Assembly: GCF_009914755.1 (NCBI RefSeq)
Contig: NC_060933.1
DNA from: the human T2T-CHM13v2.0 reference genome, Homo sapiens
DNA: 64,000 nucleotides
Strand: one strand, 5' to 3'
Shown: in pieces, positions 14,184-29,413 of the stretch
Layout: each line of letters begins with the position of its first letter
How positions within the stretch are numbered: position 1 is the first letter of the stretch
Position numbers and translations under genes: made by a program
Notes under the pieces: generated by a model
What the model saw: the letters and a program-made list of their open reading frames with translations, nothing else
The model's database searches: none
What the model was told of the DNA's origin: nothing

Positions 14184-16447
14184 CTACATTTAAAGATTTC
14201 TGATATCAGAAGATATTTAGAACAAAGTTAAAAGACAAGCTAACAATGAGAGATGTATGCAAGTTACATACTCATCAAGTATTACTTTCCAGAATTTATA
14301 AGCATTTCTGTAAATTACATCACTGAAAAATATATTTATCTTTTCTTATTCCAGTGGCAGAAAAATTTTACATAGAAACTTATTAGCAATAATATAAAAA
14401 GTTACAGTAATAAGTTGATCACTTCACTGATCCTTTCAAGAAAAATTTTTATTGTGGTAAAATATACATAAAAAAATTTACCATTTTAACTATTTTCAAG
14501 TGTCTTCAAGGTTCAACCATTTTGTAGGATGTGTCAGAATGTCTTTCCTTTTCAAGGCTAAATAATATTATATATATATTTGTTTGTTTGTTTGTTTATC
14601 TACTCATCCATGAAGGGACACAGATCACAGATTGCTTTCACATTTTGGCTATTGCGAATAATGCTGCTACGAAAATGAGTATACAAATGTATACTACAGT
14701 CTCTGCTTTCAGTTCTTTTGGGTATATACCCAGGAGTGGAGTTGCTAGATCATATGGTACTTTTATGTTTAATTTTTGAAGAATCACCATACAGTTTTTC
14801 CCTAGTGACTGCACCATTTTACATTTCCAAAGCAGCACACATGGTGGAAATTTCTCTGTATCTCCACAGACCATTATTTTCTATTTCATTTTTGTCTTTT
14901 TAAATAGTAGCTATACTAATGGGTGAGAAGTGGTTTCTCATTGTGGGTTTGATTTTCATTTCTCTAATGATTAGTAATGTTGAACATTATTAATCATATG
15001 CTTTTCAGAAATTTTTATCTCTTTTTTTGGAGAAATATCTATTCAAGTGCTTTGACTATTAATCAGGTTGTTCTTTTGTTTGTGGTTGAGTGTAGGAGTT
15101 CTTTGTATATTCTGAGTATTATATGCTTATCAGATATATGGTTTGTGATATTTTCTCCCATTTTGTGGGAGAAAATTTTCATTCTGTTAGTAGTGTCTCT
15201 TGATGCACAGTAGTTTTTAATGTTGACGTTGTCCAACTTATTTTTTTTTGTTATCTGAGCTTTTGATGTGATACCCAATAAATCATTGTCAAATCTAATC
15301 TTAGATTAACCAAGATTAATGTAATCTTAGATGAGATTTCCCTATATTTCTTTCTAAAAGTTTTATCATTTTGGCTCTTACATTTAGGTTTTTGGTCCAT
15401 TTTGTATTGATATGTAATATGTATACGTATTTATGTGTTACCTGTGATATTTTATTACCTGCATAGATTGTGTAATGATCAAGTCCAGGTATTTAGGGTA
15501 TCCATCACCACAAGTATTTATCATTTCTATGTATTGAGAACATTTCAAGTCCTGTCTATTAGCTATTTTGAAATACACAATACATTGCTGTTAACTAGTC
15601 CATTCTGAGTTAACTTTTGTATATGGTAGAAGATGAGGATCCAAATCCATTCATTTGCATGTGAATAACCATCTTCCCAAAAGTATTTTGTTTAAAAAGC
15701 CCATCTTTTTCTCACTGAATGGTCTTGGCACCCTTGTTGAAATTCATTTGACCATATGTGTGATGGTTTATGTCTTGACTCTCTATTCTATTCCACTGCT
15801 CTGTATGTCTTTCTTTATGCCAGTACTATACAGTTTTGGTTACTGTAGCTTTGTAGTAAGTTTTAAAATAAAAAAGGATCTTCAAGTTTGTTCTTCTTTT
15901 TCAGGACTGTTTTGGCTTTTCTGGGGTCCCTTTAGATCCCATATAAGTTTTAGGATTGATTCTTCTATTTCTGCAAAAATCGTCATTGGGATTTTGATAG
16001 GGATTGCATTAAATCTGTAAATTGATTTTGGTAGTATTAATATCTTAACAATATTAAGTGTTCTGATCCATGAACATGGGACATATTTCTACTTATTTGC
16101 TCCTTATTTAGTTTCTTTTGGCAATATTGTGTAGTTTTCAGGGCATATTTTTTCCCTCCTTGACTAAATTAGTTTCTAACTATTTTATTCTTTTTGATGC
16201 TATGGTAAATGGAATTGTTTTCTTAATTTTCTTTTTGGATTATTAATTGCTAGTGTATAGAAATACAGCTGATATTTGCATGTTGATTTTGCATGCTGCA
16301 ACTTTGCTGAATTTATTAATTAATTCTAATGGGGTTTTTTTTGGTGGAATCTTCAGGTTTTCTACATACAAGATCAAGTAGTCTGAACAGAGATAATTTC
16401 ACTTCTTCCTTTCCAATTTTGATGCCTTTTATTTCTTCCTCTTCCTT

Positions 16448-17133
<686 letters not shown>

Positions 17134-17134
17134 C

Positions 17135-17234
17135 TTTCTCCCCCCTTCCCCTTCCCCATACTCTTCCCCTTCCTCTTTCCTTTTCCTTTCCCTTTTCCTT
17201 TTCCTTTCCTTTCGTTTTTTTCTTTTCTCTCCCC
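17135..17234. repeat. CT-rich low-complexity tract
   Basis: cccttccccttcc...ttttccttttcctttcc. Confidence 0.85.
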
Positions 17235-18245
17235 AGATTGCTTTGGCTAGAACTTCTACTACTGTGTCAAAAGCAGGAGGCATTTTTGCCTTGTTCCTGA
17301 GCATAGAGAAAGACTTTCAGTTTGTTATCATTGAGTATGATGTTAGCTGTGGATTTTTCATATATGGCCTTTATTATGTTGAGGTAGTTTCCTTTTATTC
17401 CTAATTTGTTTAGTACTTTTATAATGAAAAGAAATTTAATTTTGTCAAGCGCTTTTTCTGCACCAATTAAGAAAATCATGTTTTTTTTCTCATTCATTCT
17501 GTTAATGTGGTGTCTTGCATTAATTGATTTTTATACGTTGACCCATCCTTGCATTTCATTAATAAATTCCACTTGGCATGGTATATGATGCATTTAACAT
17601 GCTGTTGGAGTTAGTTTGCTAGTATTTTGTTCAAGATTTTTGCATCAATATTCATCAGTGATACTGGTCTGCTTTTTTTTTTTCTTGTAGTGTTTTTGTC
17701 TGATTTTGGTATTGGGTAATGTTGCCTTTACAGAATGATTTAAAAATGTTTCTTCCTCTTAATTTTTTTTGAAAGAGTTTGAGGAGGATTGGTGTTAATT
17801 TTTCTTTAAATGTCTGATAGAATTCACCAGTGAAGCCATCAAGTTCTGGGCTTTCATCTTGGGGTTTTTTGACTACTGATTCAGTTACTAGTTACAATTC
17901 TATTCAAAATTTATATTTCTTACTGATTCGGTCTTGGCAGATTCTGTGTTTCTAGAAATGTGTCCATTTTGTCTATGTTATTCAATTTGCTGGAGTACAA
18001 TTGTTCCGCTCTTATAATCCTTTTATTTATGTAAATAGGTAGTAATGTCACACTTCTGATTTTAGTTATTTGAGACTTTTCTCTCCTTTTATCAATCTAG
18101 TTAAAGATTTGTCATTTAAAAATATTTTCAATGAATCCATTTTTGTTTTCATTAATTTTCTCTATTTTTTATTCTCTATTTTGTTTATTTAGAATATTGT
18201 TTTATTTCTAAAGGATTTGCCATAATTTCCTTCATTTTTAAAAAA

Positions 18246-18592
18246 GTTTTTATTTTATAATTTCAACTTTTATTTTAGATTCAAGGGGTAAATGTGTAGC
18301 TTTGTTACCTGCATATATTGTGTGACAGTGAGATTTAGGGATTCAAAAGATCCCATCATCCAGGTAGTGAGCATAGTACCAAATAGGTAGTTTTTCAGCT
18401 CTAACCCCCACCCTCTCTCCTCTTTCTAGTAGTCCCCAGTGTTTACTCTTCCCACCTCTATGTCCATATGTACTTACTGTTTAGCTCCCACTTATAAGTG
18501 AGAATATGCGGTATTTGGTTTTCTATTCCTGTGTTAACTCACTTAGGATAATGGCCTTCAGCTTCATCCGTGTTGCTGCAAAGGACATGATT
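18246..18592 (-). mobile_element. Old L1PA (PA13-16-like) 3' end
   Basis: caacttttattttagattcaagggg...gtagtgagcatagtacc...ttagctcccacttataagtgagaa. Confidence 0.85.
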
Positions 18593-18593
18593 A

Positions 18594-19055
<462 letters not shown>

Positions 19056-19401
19056 TTATAAATTAATTAGTTTAAAAAATCTCTTTGTTGACTGATAATT
19101 CAAAGAGCATAGTGACAGCATTTAATTTGCTCCTTAGAAATGTAACTTTGACAATATGCAGAAAAGATTTGGAAAAAAAAGAGACAATCAAAGCAGAGAG
19201 AGCAGTTTGGAGGGTTTTGCTATAATGCAATTGATAAATGCTCAAACTAAGACGATGACTACCAATATTTTTCCAGTCTGAAATTTTCTGTTGTATTGGT
19301 ACCCTTTTTTCTTTAAAGATTTTACAAAGGCTTCAATATTCATGTAGGTAAACTTGTCACTCTTTTACCATAATTTATTATAACTTATAAAGTTAAAAGA
19401 A

Positions 19402-19429
19402 TGTGTGTGTGTGTGTGTGTGTGTGTGTG
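19402..19429. repeat. (TG)14 microsatellite
   Basis: Read directly. Confidence 0.97.
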
Positions 19430-19993
19430 ACTTCCAGTTGCTTTTTTGTCTCCTATGGTTTTCTAAAAACTATTTAATCTTTTTTATTCACTAAGTTTTT
19501 TTTTCCATTTTCTGAAATTCATCTGAATCAGAATATTCAGGCCTTGAGACAGAAGTGGGTCAGAAATCACTCAAGGTTTTTCAAACAAGTGAATATAATA
19601 CAGGAATTTGGTTACACTTAGGTAACTATGCTAAATGGCTGCTGGGAACAGCGACAGTCCTTCTGGCTGAAGGCGTACGTGGAGGTGATGGAATCACCAG
19701 AGTCCAGAATCATGGAGAAGAGAACTACCTGGGCCAGTCCTGAGACCACAAATGAAACACCACCTAAAATAGATGCTAGGATTACTGAAGGGCTGCTACT
19801 AAGCAGGTGAAAGGACTCCTTGCTGTGGGTGCTGGAAATGCTAAAAGATGATGATGAAATGCCCATTGTTCCTTGCTGCTGGAAAATGCCAATAGAAACT
19901 AAAATAAAAAAGGTCCCATCTCTCCACTCCTACCTTTCAAACTTCTACCAGTAATTCTTATTGATAGAAACTAACCAGAAGCCAATAGGAAAG

Positions 19994-20422
19994 TATCTTA
20001 GTCCATTTTCAGTTCCTTATAACAGAATACTTGAAACTGGGCAAGTTACAAAGAAATTTATTTCTTACAGTTATGGAAGCTGAGAAGCCCAAGGTCAAGG
20101 GGCCACATCTGGTAAGTGGCTTCTTGCTGATGAGACTCTGCAGAGTCCCATGGTGGCACAGGACCTCACATGGTGAAGAGGGTGAGTGTGCTAGCTCAGG
20201 TCTCTCTTCCTCTTATTATAAAGGCACCAGTCCCACTCCTATGATAACTCATTAATCCATTAGTCCATTATTCCATTAATCCATGAATGGATTAATCCAC
20301 TCATGAGAACAGAGCTCTCATGACCCAATCACCTCTGAAAAGCCCCACCTCTCAATACTGCCACATTTGGGATTAAATTTCAACATGAGTTTTGGAGGGG
20401 GACAAATATTCAAACCTTAGCA
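19994..20422 (-). mobile_element. MaLR solo LTR (MSTD/MSTC-like)
   Basis: tcttagtccatttt...gagaagcccaaggtcaaggggccacatctgg...cattaatccatgaatggattaatcc...ttcaaaccttagca. Confidence 0.85.
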
Positions 20423-20644
20423 AGTAACTAGGAAAATAGAATATGCAGGGCCCCTGGACAGTCAAAATGCCTGACACAACCTAGAAAGGCAGAAATGAAG
20501 GCTGAGAGCAACAGTCAAATGATCAACTCAAACTATTTTTTCTTTGGGGCTTCTGAGTGCCTATAACACATCCGAGAAGGTCATCTATTTGAATTTCGGG
20601 ATATGTGTTTTTTCTTTGAGACATGAAAGAGAGCTGATGACTTT

Positions 20645-23045
20645 AAAATCTTCATTTGGATTGGTTTATTTTCATAGATTTATGTATCTCCACCAGGTGG
20701 AGTCAGAGGCCAGTTTATTAAAGGGTTAAACTTCGGAAATAAATTTGGTTAAGGATTTTAGTTTCAGAATAGATGAAGGAAAGATAAACAACACTGCTTC
20801 TTTCTTCAGATGTTCTTGCTGGAATGGTACCTTGTTATTATCATATCCGCTTTATGTTTTGTCAATGTGCCCCCGTCCTCTGGCTATAACTTAGGACACT
20901 TCTGTTGCAAGGAATGGAGACTCATTCCAGCTGGCTCAAGAAAAAAGAATGTTATTATAAATACACAACAAGGAATATCACAGACTTTTTTGGAAAAGGA
21001 ACAAAATACAGCCAGAGCTTACCAGGAACAGGAGCTGCTCTTTGCTTCTCTTAAGGAACATATGGTCACTCTTATTTCTCTTGCTGATGTATTCATTATT
21101 CCTTCATTAAGTATACATACTGAGTCTCTACTATGGTGGTAGGGCCTGGATATACAGGGGTAGAAAAGATATTAAATGAGAAGACAGGCATTAAAGAAAT
21201 AAGCACACACATAAAATTATAAATTGCTATAAATGCTTGGAATAAAATGTGCAAATTTGAAGAGGGAATGTATATGGGGACTTAATTACAATTAAGAGGT
21301 TAGGGAATAAACCATTATCAAAGTGACATTTAAGTATAAACCTAAAAAGATGAGTAGGAGATGGCCAGATTGACAATGGGGTAGGATGTTTGATTGCTTA
21401 TAAAGGATTTGAGCCAGAAAGAATTGAACCATTTTCTATGCATACAGGAACACAAGGCTTGTTATTTAAATAGCTTATTATTTTAATATAGGGCAAACAT
21501 ATTTGTGGTGAATGGGGGACATTCTGTCAGAATTAGTGGAAACAGTTGTGGAAATATGTGAAATATCTATAGTGTGATTACATTCAGGTTGGTTCTTTAC
21601 TTCATATTTGCTTCATGTAGTAATTGAAGATATCAATTGTAAATTTTTTATCAGCCCAATGTTTCCCAACACTTATTCATAATGTAATTTACAAGTGCAT
21701 GAAAATAACTTGCCTTGCATTTTAAGTTGGCCAGTCTCCCTTCTTCTTGTGGGAGGTTTATTACACTAACTAGCAGATCTGGCTCTCCTTTGTTTCCGCT
21801 TAAATGGTTACAAGGGCAAACTTGAGCCAGGCATATAAACAGTGTCCAACCTACAAGTGATTCTTCCTTCAAACCAAGTCATTGAGACCACAGCACACCA
21901 CCTGACATCATCTGGCGTGGCTGTGTACACTGATACATACCTGTCAGAGGTCAGACATACAGTCCTGTTCTTTTTGATCCTTCATATGTACCAGGCTAAT
22001 TATGAATTAGTATTTTGGCCTCTCTCAGTCTGAATGTTGCTGGTAGCTTTTTTCTCTCCCAGGTCCTGACTTCACAGATAACAATCCACAATTAAACTCA
22101 TTTATTTAATAAAGCTTCAGTGACAGTAAAGCTTCCTATGTTGATGTTTACTTATAGATTTGGGTAATAAACCAACAGATGGTAGATACAAAAAACTGAG
22201 TCACAACAAGCATATCCTAATAGTCTGCTAAAGTAAAAGATTGAATATAAAATAATAACTATTCTATCCAAGCTATCTAAGCCTAGATAATGAAATATTT
22301 AAAAACCTTGCCTAGAAAGCAAATATTCCCTTTAGAATTTTTTGAAAAATACCTAGAAAAGTTATTTGAGGGCAGTTTACTTGCATTCCTCAAATTGTAC
22401 AATTGGCAATTTAAACGAAAACTTTCTACTGACCTTTGAAGTCTCTTGAAGTTTTTTTTGCTTGTTTATTTTGTTTTGTTTTTAATTTAAGAAAGAAGAG
22501 GCATCCAGCTCTGCCTTTTTCCCTCATTAAGACATACCAACAGAAATAACTGGCTGCATTTGGTCTTAGCCAATATCATATGATTATTTTTAGGGATTTT
22601 TTTGGCCCCCACACAGTGCATGGTTGAACTGCCAAAATATAAATCAAGATATGAAACTTACTACATTCTTCAGAATTAATAAATATTTTCCCTGGTTAAA
22701 GCAAGACTCCCATAAGCAAATCATCCAAAATAAACTAGATTAATTAGGTCCAGAATGGATAAGATAGAATATTCACAAAGGATAACACTGTATACAATTA
22801 TAAATATTCATTCCTTTGTGTTGCTAATTTTAGATTAGGTCAGCCTGTGGATGTATTAGTCTGTTCTCACACTGATATAAAGAACTACCTGAGACTGGGT
22901 AATTTGTGAAGAAAAGGGGTTTGACTCACAGTTCCACAGGCTGTACAGGAGGCATGGCTGGGGAAGCCTCAGGAAACTTACAATCATGGCAGAAGGGTGA
23001 AGGGGAAGCACGCATATCTTCACATGGTGGCCGGAGAGAGAGAGA
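20645..23045 (-). ncRNA. Predicted LTR-initiated spliced lncRNA (possibly LINC01474; recalled, not verified)
   Basis: Minus-strand order: MSTA TATA-like box (23071-23078), LTR donor ACT/GTGAGT (22930/22929), donor CAG/GTATGT (21941/21940), acceptor tcttttctacccctgtatatccAG (21146/21145), AATAAA (20670-20665). Confidence 0.4.
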
Positions 23046-23236
23046 GAGTGAAGGGAGGAAGTGCCACACACTTTTAAACCATTGGATCTCATGAGAACTC
23101 ACTCACTATCACGAGAACAGTAGGAGGGAAATCCACCTCCATGATCCAATCACTTCCCACCAGGTCCCTCCTCCAACATGTGGGGATTGCATTTCGACAT
23201 GAGATTTCGGTGGGGACACAGAGTCAAACCATATCA
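22852..23236 (-). mobile_element. MSTA MaLR solo LTR, intact
   Basis: Termini tgtattagtc...aaaccatatca. Perfect TSD gtgga at 22847-22851 and 23237-23241. Confidence 0.94.
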
Positions 23237-23578
23237 GTGGACATGTAATGAAAATGAAAGAGCCTAGCACACTTTAAAAATGCTCTTCATATCTCGGTGC
23301 ACTGACTAAGATGGCAGGGCAGGCTTCAAATGCCTGCTCTATCGGTCACTACTGTGCAGCTAGGCATCCACTAAACTCTTTGTGCCTCAGTGCCCTAACC
23401 TATAAAATAGGCATCATTCCAGCTTGTACACACCATAAGGTTTTGATGAGGATGGGATGAGATCAGGTTTCTAAGGTACTTGGTGTGTAAATAAGCTCTT
23501 AATTGAAAATCATATAGTATTATTAATGGCCAGTGATTTTGTTTCATTGCTTAACTCTGCCAGGATGTAACTGTGGGG

Positions 23579-23768
23579 CAGTGATTCTCACTCCCCCAAC
23601 CTCAGGAGACATTTGGCAATGTCCAGAGACATTTTTGGTTGTGGGGGGGCTACTGGTATCTACTGAGTAGAATTCAGAGATGCTGCTAATACCCCACAAT
23701 GCACAGGCAGCCCCCACAGCAAGACTCAGACAGCCCCAAATGCAATAGTGCCAGGTTGAGAAACCCTG
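23579..23768 (+). mobile_element. MER20 DNA transposon
   Basis: cagtgattctca...gacatttggcaatgtccagagacattttt...ggttgagaaaccctg. Confidence 0.88.
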
Positions 23769-23867
23769 CTCTAGTGGGCCTCCTTTTTACTGAGTGTATG
23801 TTATACAAGAGTGTGACTTTGTGTTTTGTGCTCTCTAGTTTACTTTCTGCTCCTCTCCCCAATGCTC

Positions 23868-23980
23868 CCAGACTGTGAACTCCTTGGGGGCAAGTTCTGA
23901 GTCATCGTTACTGTGGCCATGCCTGCAATGTCCAGCCCAAGTCCTGGCCTAGACGAGGCCTCAGTAAATGCTTGCTGAAG
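23868..23980 (+). mobile_element. L2 LINE 3' end fragment
   Basis: agactgtgaactccttgggggca...cctggcctag...ctcagtaaatgcttgctgaa. Confidence 0.6.
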
Positions 23981-25000
23981 GGTATTTTAAAACTGCTTTT
24001 CAGAAACTCTATTGTAAAACACTAAATCTACCAATGGGGACTATGCATCGATTATTACAGTTCTGAAACTATGGTAGTTTCAGTACATTTGTTCTGACAA
24101 GGTACGAGAAAGTTTATGGCACGGTCATCACAGCACATGTTTTGGAGTTGGAAAGACCTCAGTTTGAATTCTACCCTCAATTTACCACTTAGCCTTTTGT
24201 AAGTTATAAAAATGTTGACAATAATGCATTTATTCCAGGGATGCTGTGAGAGACTTTATAAGATGGTCAGTGTGAAGAGCCTAGCTCAGAAAATAGTTCC
24301 TAGCAGCTAGGATGTGCTATGACTTCAGGCAAGTTCTCAACCCCTACCTCCCCAGCCACAGCCTTCTCTGTAAAGGGGAGATAATAACTTCCTTGTATGA
24401 TGCTAAAAGGATTGAATCAGGCCATGATGTGCTTAGCAGAGTTTAATAAATGGTGACTATTATTATTATAATCTTTTCATTTCAGTGGCAAAAAAACTGA
24501 AAAAAAATAAATAGTTCTCTGTCTTGTGTTTTTCACTTATCCCATCTCTTTTATTAATACTCCCCAAGAGCAGCAGGAAGGAAACAAAACAAAACAAGAG
24601 AGGCCAAGAAATGCATTTTAAAATATTTTTCTCATATTCCAAAATAGTGCCATGAATTTAAAGCTTTCTTCAAAAGAAGCATTGGACTCCCTTGTTCTTG
24701 TAGCTTCACTGGCTGGAAGAGGCATTGATAGCCATTACTTGTGTTTCTGGGTCACCCTTCAAAGTATTAAATTATTTCACAAAGATTTGTTTCTTTTCAT
24801 GTGACAAGAAAAAATAAATTGTGATGATTACTGTCACCTCCTGCCCCTTCTTTTTTTATTAAAAAAAAATCACAGGTGAAGCTGCCAAAATATTGAAAAG
24901 TTGTATATATCAAACATGTACCAGTGCAAGGGAGAGGAAACAGGAAATAGTATGGGGGCTTTGGAGCCTGTACTTCCATATATATATATATATGAATACA

Positions 25001-25319
<319 letters not shown>

Positions 25320-25779
25320 TTATACAAAATAAATATATATTACAAATGTAAACTATATTTTTATAATATATAAGTATATAATATACTTATACATTATACA
25401 TATTATATATGTATAATAATGTATATTACATAAAATTAAAATATATAAAATAAGAGAATATTTCCTATTTGAGTGTGTCTGTGCAGGTGGGGAGGGAGGA
25501 GAATTAGTCAGGATCTTTTGGTGTGTGTGAGGGTCAGAGACACAGATGCAAACTTTATTGGCTCACTGAATCATGCCTTAGGATGGACTCTATGCTGGAA
25601 TGAATTCTGTGTCCAAACCTAGGAAAAACATTGAGTAAGAAGGATGGGCAATTGTTCTTCTCCAAGCAAGAGACTGGAGTTCACCTTTGTGTCCAGAGAG
25701 TTGTATACTATCATTACAGGCCCCACTGGAAGAAGTTCCCCCAAATCATACCCTTCTTAATTTTTATTTTTCTTTCTTC

Positions 25780-26308
25780 TGCAATCATCTGATGGGTTCT
25801 TCCTGTGTACTGCACAGACAAAATCAATTCACTGAGAATTGAATTGGTTCAATTTCAGTGGTATTGCAGTAAAGAAAGAGTGTAATAGATATGAGGCCGG
25901 CCTTATAGGAGATGGAGTTATTACTCAAATCAATCTCCCCAAAGGCTCAGAAGCTAGGACTTTTCAAGGATAGTTTGATGGACAGGGGGATAGGGAATGG
26001 GGAATGATTATTGGTTGGGGATGCAACCTTAGGGGTGTGGAAAATGTTCACTGAGTCAGCCTCTGGGCCACAGGACTGGTTAAGTCATGAGTTGTGGGTT
26101 TGGGTGGAGTTAGCCAGTCCTCAGAAATGAAAAAGTCTGAAAAGACACCTCAAAAAGTGAATCTCTGGTTCTACAATAGTGATGTTATCTACAGGAGTCA
26201 CTGGGGAAGTTATAAATCTTGTGACCTCCAGAACAATGGCTGGTTATCATTTAATGACACAAACATCTTAGCAGAATTCAGGCCCCTCTCATAATCCTAA
26301 CCCTGTGG
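25780..26308 (-). mobile_element. ERV1 MER4-group LTR (MER50/LTR8-like)
   Basis: atgggttcttcctg...attgcagtaaagaaagag...ggagttattactcaaatcaatctcccc...tacaatagtgatgttatc. Confidence 0.7.
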
Positions 26309-26416
26309 GATAAGTCTGCGTTAGGCACCCCTCCTCCATGGTTTGTACTGCCCTCTTTCATAGAACTTACTGCTTTGTGTTATAATTACAGAACTACAAT
26401 AGTCAGTTTACCCATC

Positions 26417-29413
26417 TGTTGTGGATTAAATTGTGTGTCCCCTATTTCACAAGATAGAGAAAGAAGGAACCCTCCCTAACTCATTCTATGAAGCCAACAT
26501 CACCCTAATACCAAAACCAGGAAAAGACACAACCAAGAAAGAAAACTATAGACCGATATCCTTGATGAACATAGATGCTAAAATCGTTTACAAAATACTA
26601 GCTAACAGAATCCAACAACATATCAAAAAGATAATCCACCAAGATCAAGTGGGTTTCATACCAGGGATGCAGGGATGGTTTAACATACACAAGTCAACAA
26701 ATGTGAGACACCACATAAACAGGATTAAGAACAAAAATCACATGATCATCTCAATAGATACAAGAAAAGTGTTCGACCAAATCCTGCATACTTCATAATT
26801 AAAACCCTCAGCAAAATCGGCATACAAGGGACATATTTTAATGTAATAAAAGCCATCTATGACAAACCCACAGCCAACATACTACTGAATGGGGAAAAGT
26901 TGAAAGCATTCCCTCTGAGAACGGGAACAAGACAAGCATGCCCACACTCACCACTCCTCTTCAACATAGTACTGAAAGTCCTAGCCAGAGCAATTGACAA
27001 GATAAAGAAATAAAGGGCATTTGAATTGGTAAAGAGGAAGTCAAACTGTCCCTATTTGCTGATGATATGATTGTTTACCTTGAAAACCCTAAGGAAGCTC
27101 CTAGAACTGGTAAAAGAATTCAGCAAAATTTCCAGGTACAAGGTTATTGTACACAAACTTAGTAGCTCTTCTATACACCAACAGCAACCAAGCGGAGAAT
27201 CAAATAAAGAACTCAACTCCTTTTACAATTGCTGCAAAAAAAAAAAGAAAAAAAAAACCTCAAGAATATACCTAATCAAAGAGTCAAAAGACCTCTACAA
27301 GGAAAATTACAAAACACTGCTGAAAGAAATCATAGATGACACAAACAAATGGAAACACATCCCATGCTCATAGATGGGTAGAATCAATATTGTGAAAATG
27401 ACCGTACTCCCAAAAGCAATTTACAAATTCATCACAATCCTCATCAAAATACTACCATAATTCTTCACAGAGTTAGAAAAAACAATTCTAAAACTCATAT
27501 GGAACCAAGAAAGAGCCTTCATAGCCAACACAAGACTAAGCAAAAAGAATAAATCTGGAGACATCACACTATCTGATTTCAAACTATACTATAAGGCAAT
27601 AGTCACCAAAACAGCATGGTACTGGTATAAAATAGGCATAATGGAACAGAAAGAGCACCCAGAAATAAACCCAAATACTTACAGCCGACTGATCTTCAAC
27701 AAAGCAAACAAAAACACAAAGTGGGGAAAGGACATCCTTTTCAACACATGGTGCTGGGAATAATTGGCTAGACACATGTAGGAGAATGAAATTTGATCCT
27801 CAACTCTTACCTTATACAAAAATCAACTCAAGATGGATTAAGGACTTAAACCTAAGACCTGAAACTATAAAAATTCTAGAAGATAGCATTGGAAAAACCC
27901 TTCTGGACATTGGCTTAGGCAAGGATTTCATGACCAACAACCCAAAAGCAAATGCAATAAAAACAAAGATAAATAGCTGGGACCTAATTAAACTAAAGAG
28001 CTGTTTCACGGCAAAAGAAACAGTCAGCAGAGTAAACAGACAACCCATAGAGTGGGAGAAAATCTTCACAATCTATACACTGACAAAGGACTAATATCCA
28101 GAATCTACAACAAACTCAAGTCATTAAGAAAAAAACAAACAATCACATCAAAAAGTGGGCTAAGGACATGAATAGAAAAATTCCCAAAAGAAAATATACA
28201 AATGGCCAACAAAAATGAAAAAATGCTCAGCATCACCAATGATCAGGGAAATGCAAATTAAAATCACAATGTGATACCACCTTACTTCTGCAAGAATGGC
28301 CATAATAAAAAAATAAAAAAATGGTAGATGTTGTCGTGGATGCGGTGATCAGGGAATACTTCTACACCGCTGATGGGAATGTAAACTAGTACAGCCACTA
28401 TGGAAAACAGTATGGAGAATCCTTAAAGAACTAAAAGTAGAACTACTATTTGATCCAGCAATCTCACTACTGGGTATCTACCTAGAGGAAAAGAAGTCAT
28501 TAGTCGAAAAAGACACTTGCACATGCATGTTTATAGCAACACAATTCACAATTGCAAAATTGTGGAACCAACCCAAAGGCCCCTCAATCAACGAGTGGAT
28601 AAAGAAACTGTGATATATATGTATACACAATGGACTGCTACTCATCTATGAAAAGGAATGAATTAACAGCATTTGTAGTGACCTGGATGAGATTAGAGAC
28701 TATTATTCTAATTGAAGTAACTCAGGAATGGAAAACAAACCATCATATGTTCTCATTGATATGTGAGAGCTAAGCTATGAGGATGCAAAGGCATAAGAAC
28801 GATACAATGGACTTTGAGGGCTTGAGGGGAAGAGTGAGAGGGGGTGACTGATGAAAGACTACAAATATGGTACAGTGTATACTGCTTGGGTGATGGGTGC
28901 ACCAAATCTCATAATCACCACTAAAGAACTTACTCGTGTAACCAAATACCACCTATACCCCAATAACTTATGGAAAAATAAAATAAAATTAAAAATTAAG
29001 CATAAATAAATAAATTGTGCATCCCCTTCCAAAATCATATGCTGAATTCTTATACCCTAGCACCTCAGAACGTGACCATATTTGGAAACAGGACCGTTGC
29101 AGATGATATTAGTTAAGTTTAGATGAGGTTGTTAGGGTAGGCCCCAATCCAATATGACTGTGGCCTTAGAAGAAGGTAAAGATTGGGATGATGCTTCCAC
29201 AAGCCAAGGAACACAAAAGCTTGCCAGTGAACCACCAGAAGCTAGGAGGGGTCCTGGAACCAATTCTCCCTCACAGCCCTCTGGAGGATCTAACCCTGAT
29301 CTTGAACTTCCAGCCTCCAGGACTGAGAGCCTCCAGGACTGTCTCTAAAAAATTTCTGTTTGAGCCACCCAATTTGTGGCAATTTGTTACTGCAGCCATA
29401 GCAAACTAATACA
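26417..29413 (+). mobile_element. MLT1C/B-like MaLR LTR split by an L1 (26417-26443 and 29012-29413)
   Basis: Starts tgttgtggattaaattgtg, resumes after the L1 with cacctcagaacgtgacc...gcaaactaataca. TSD ccatc/gcatc. Confidence 0.85.
26444..29011 (+). mobile_element. L1PB-like LINE-1, 5'-truncated, decayed ORF2 reverse-transcriptase region plus 3'UTR
   Basis: Peptides [19 protein letters not shown]...[12 protein letters not shown]...[13 protein letters not shown] with stops and frameshifts; A-rich tail; 16-bp TSD. Confidence 0.96.

Noticed and set aside
19530-19990. Possible ancient LTR-like segment
   Set aside because: The composition is suggestive, but I cannot assign a family or boundaries by eye.
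26433-28094. Reverse-transcriptase-like ORFs
   Set aside because: These are decayed L1 ORF2 pieces with stops and frameshifts, 5'-truncated. They are not an active element or a novel RT system.
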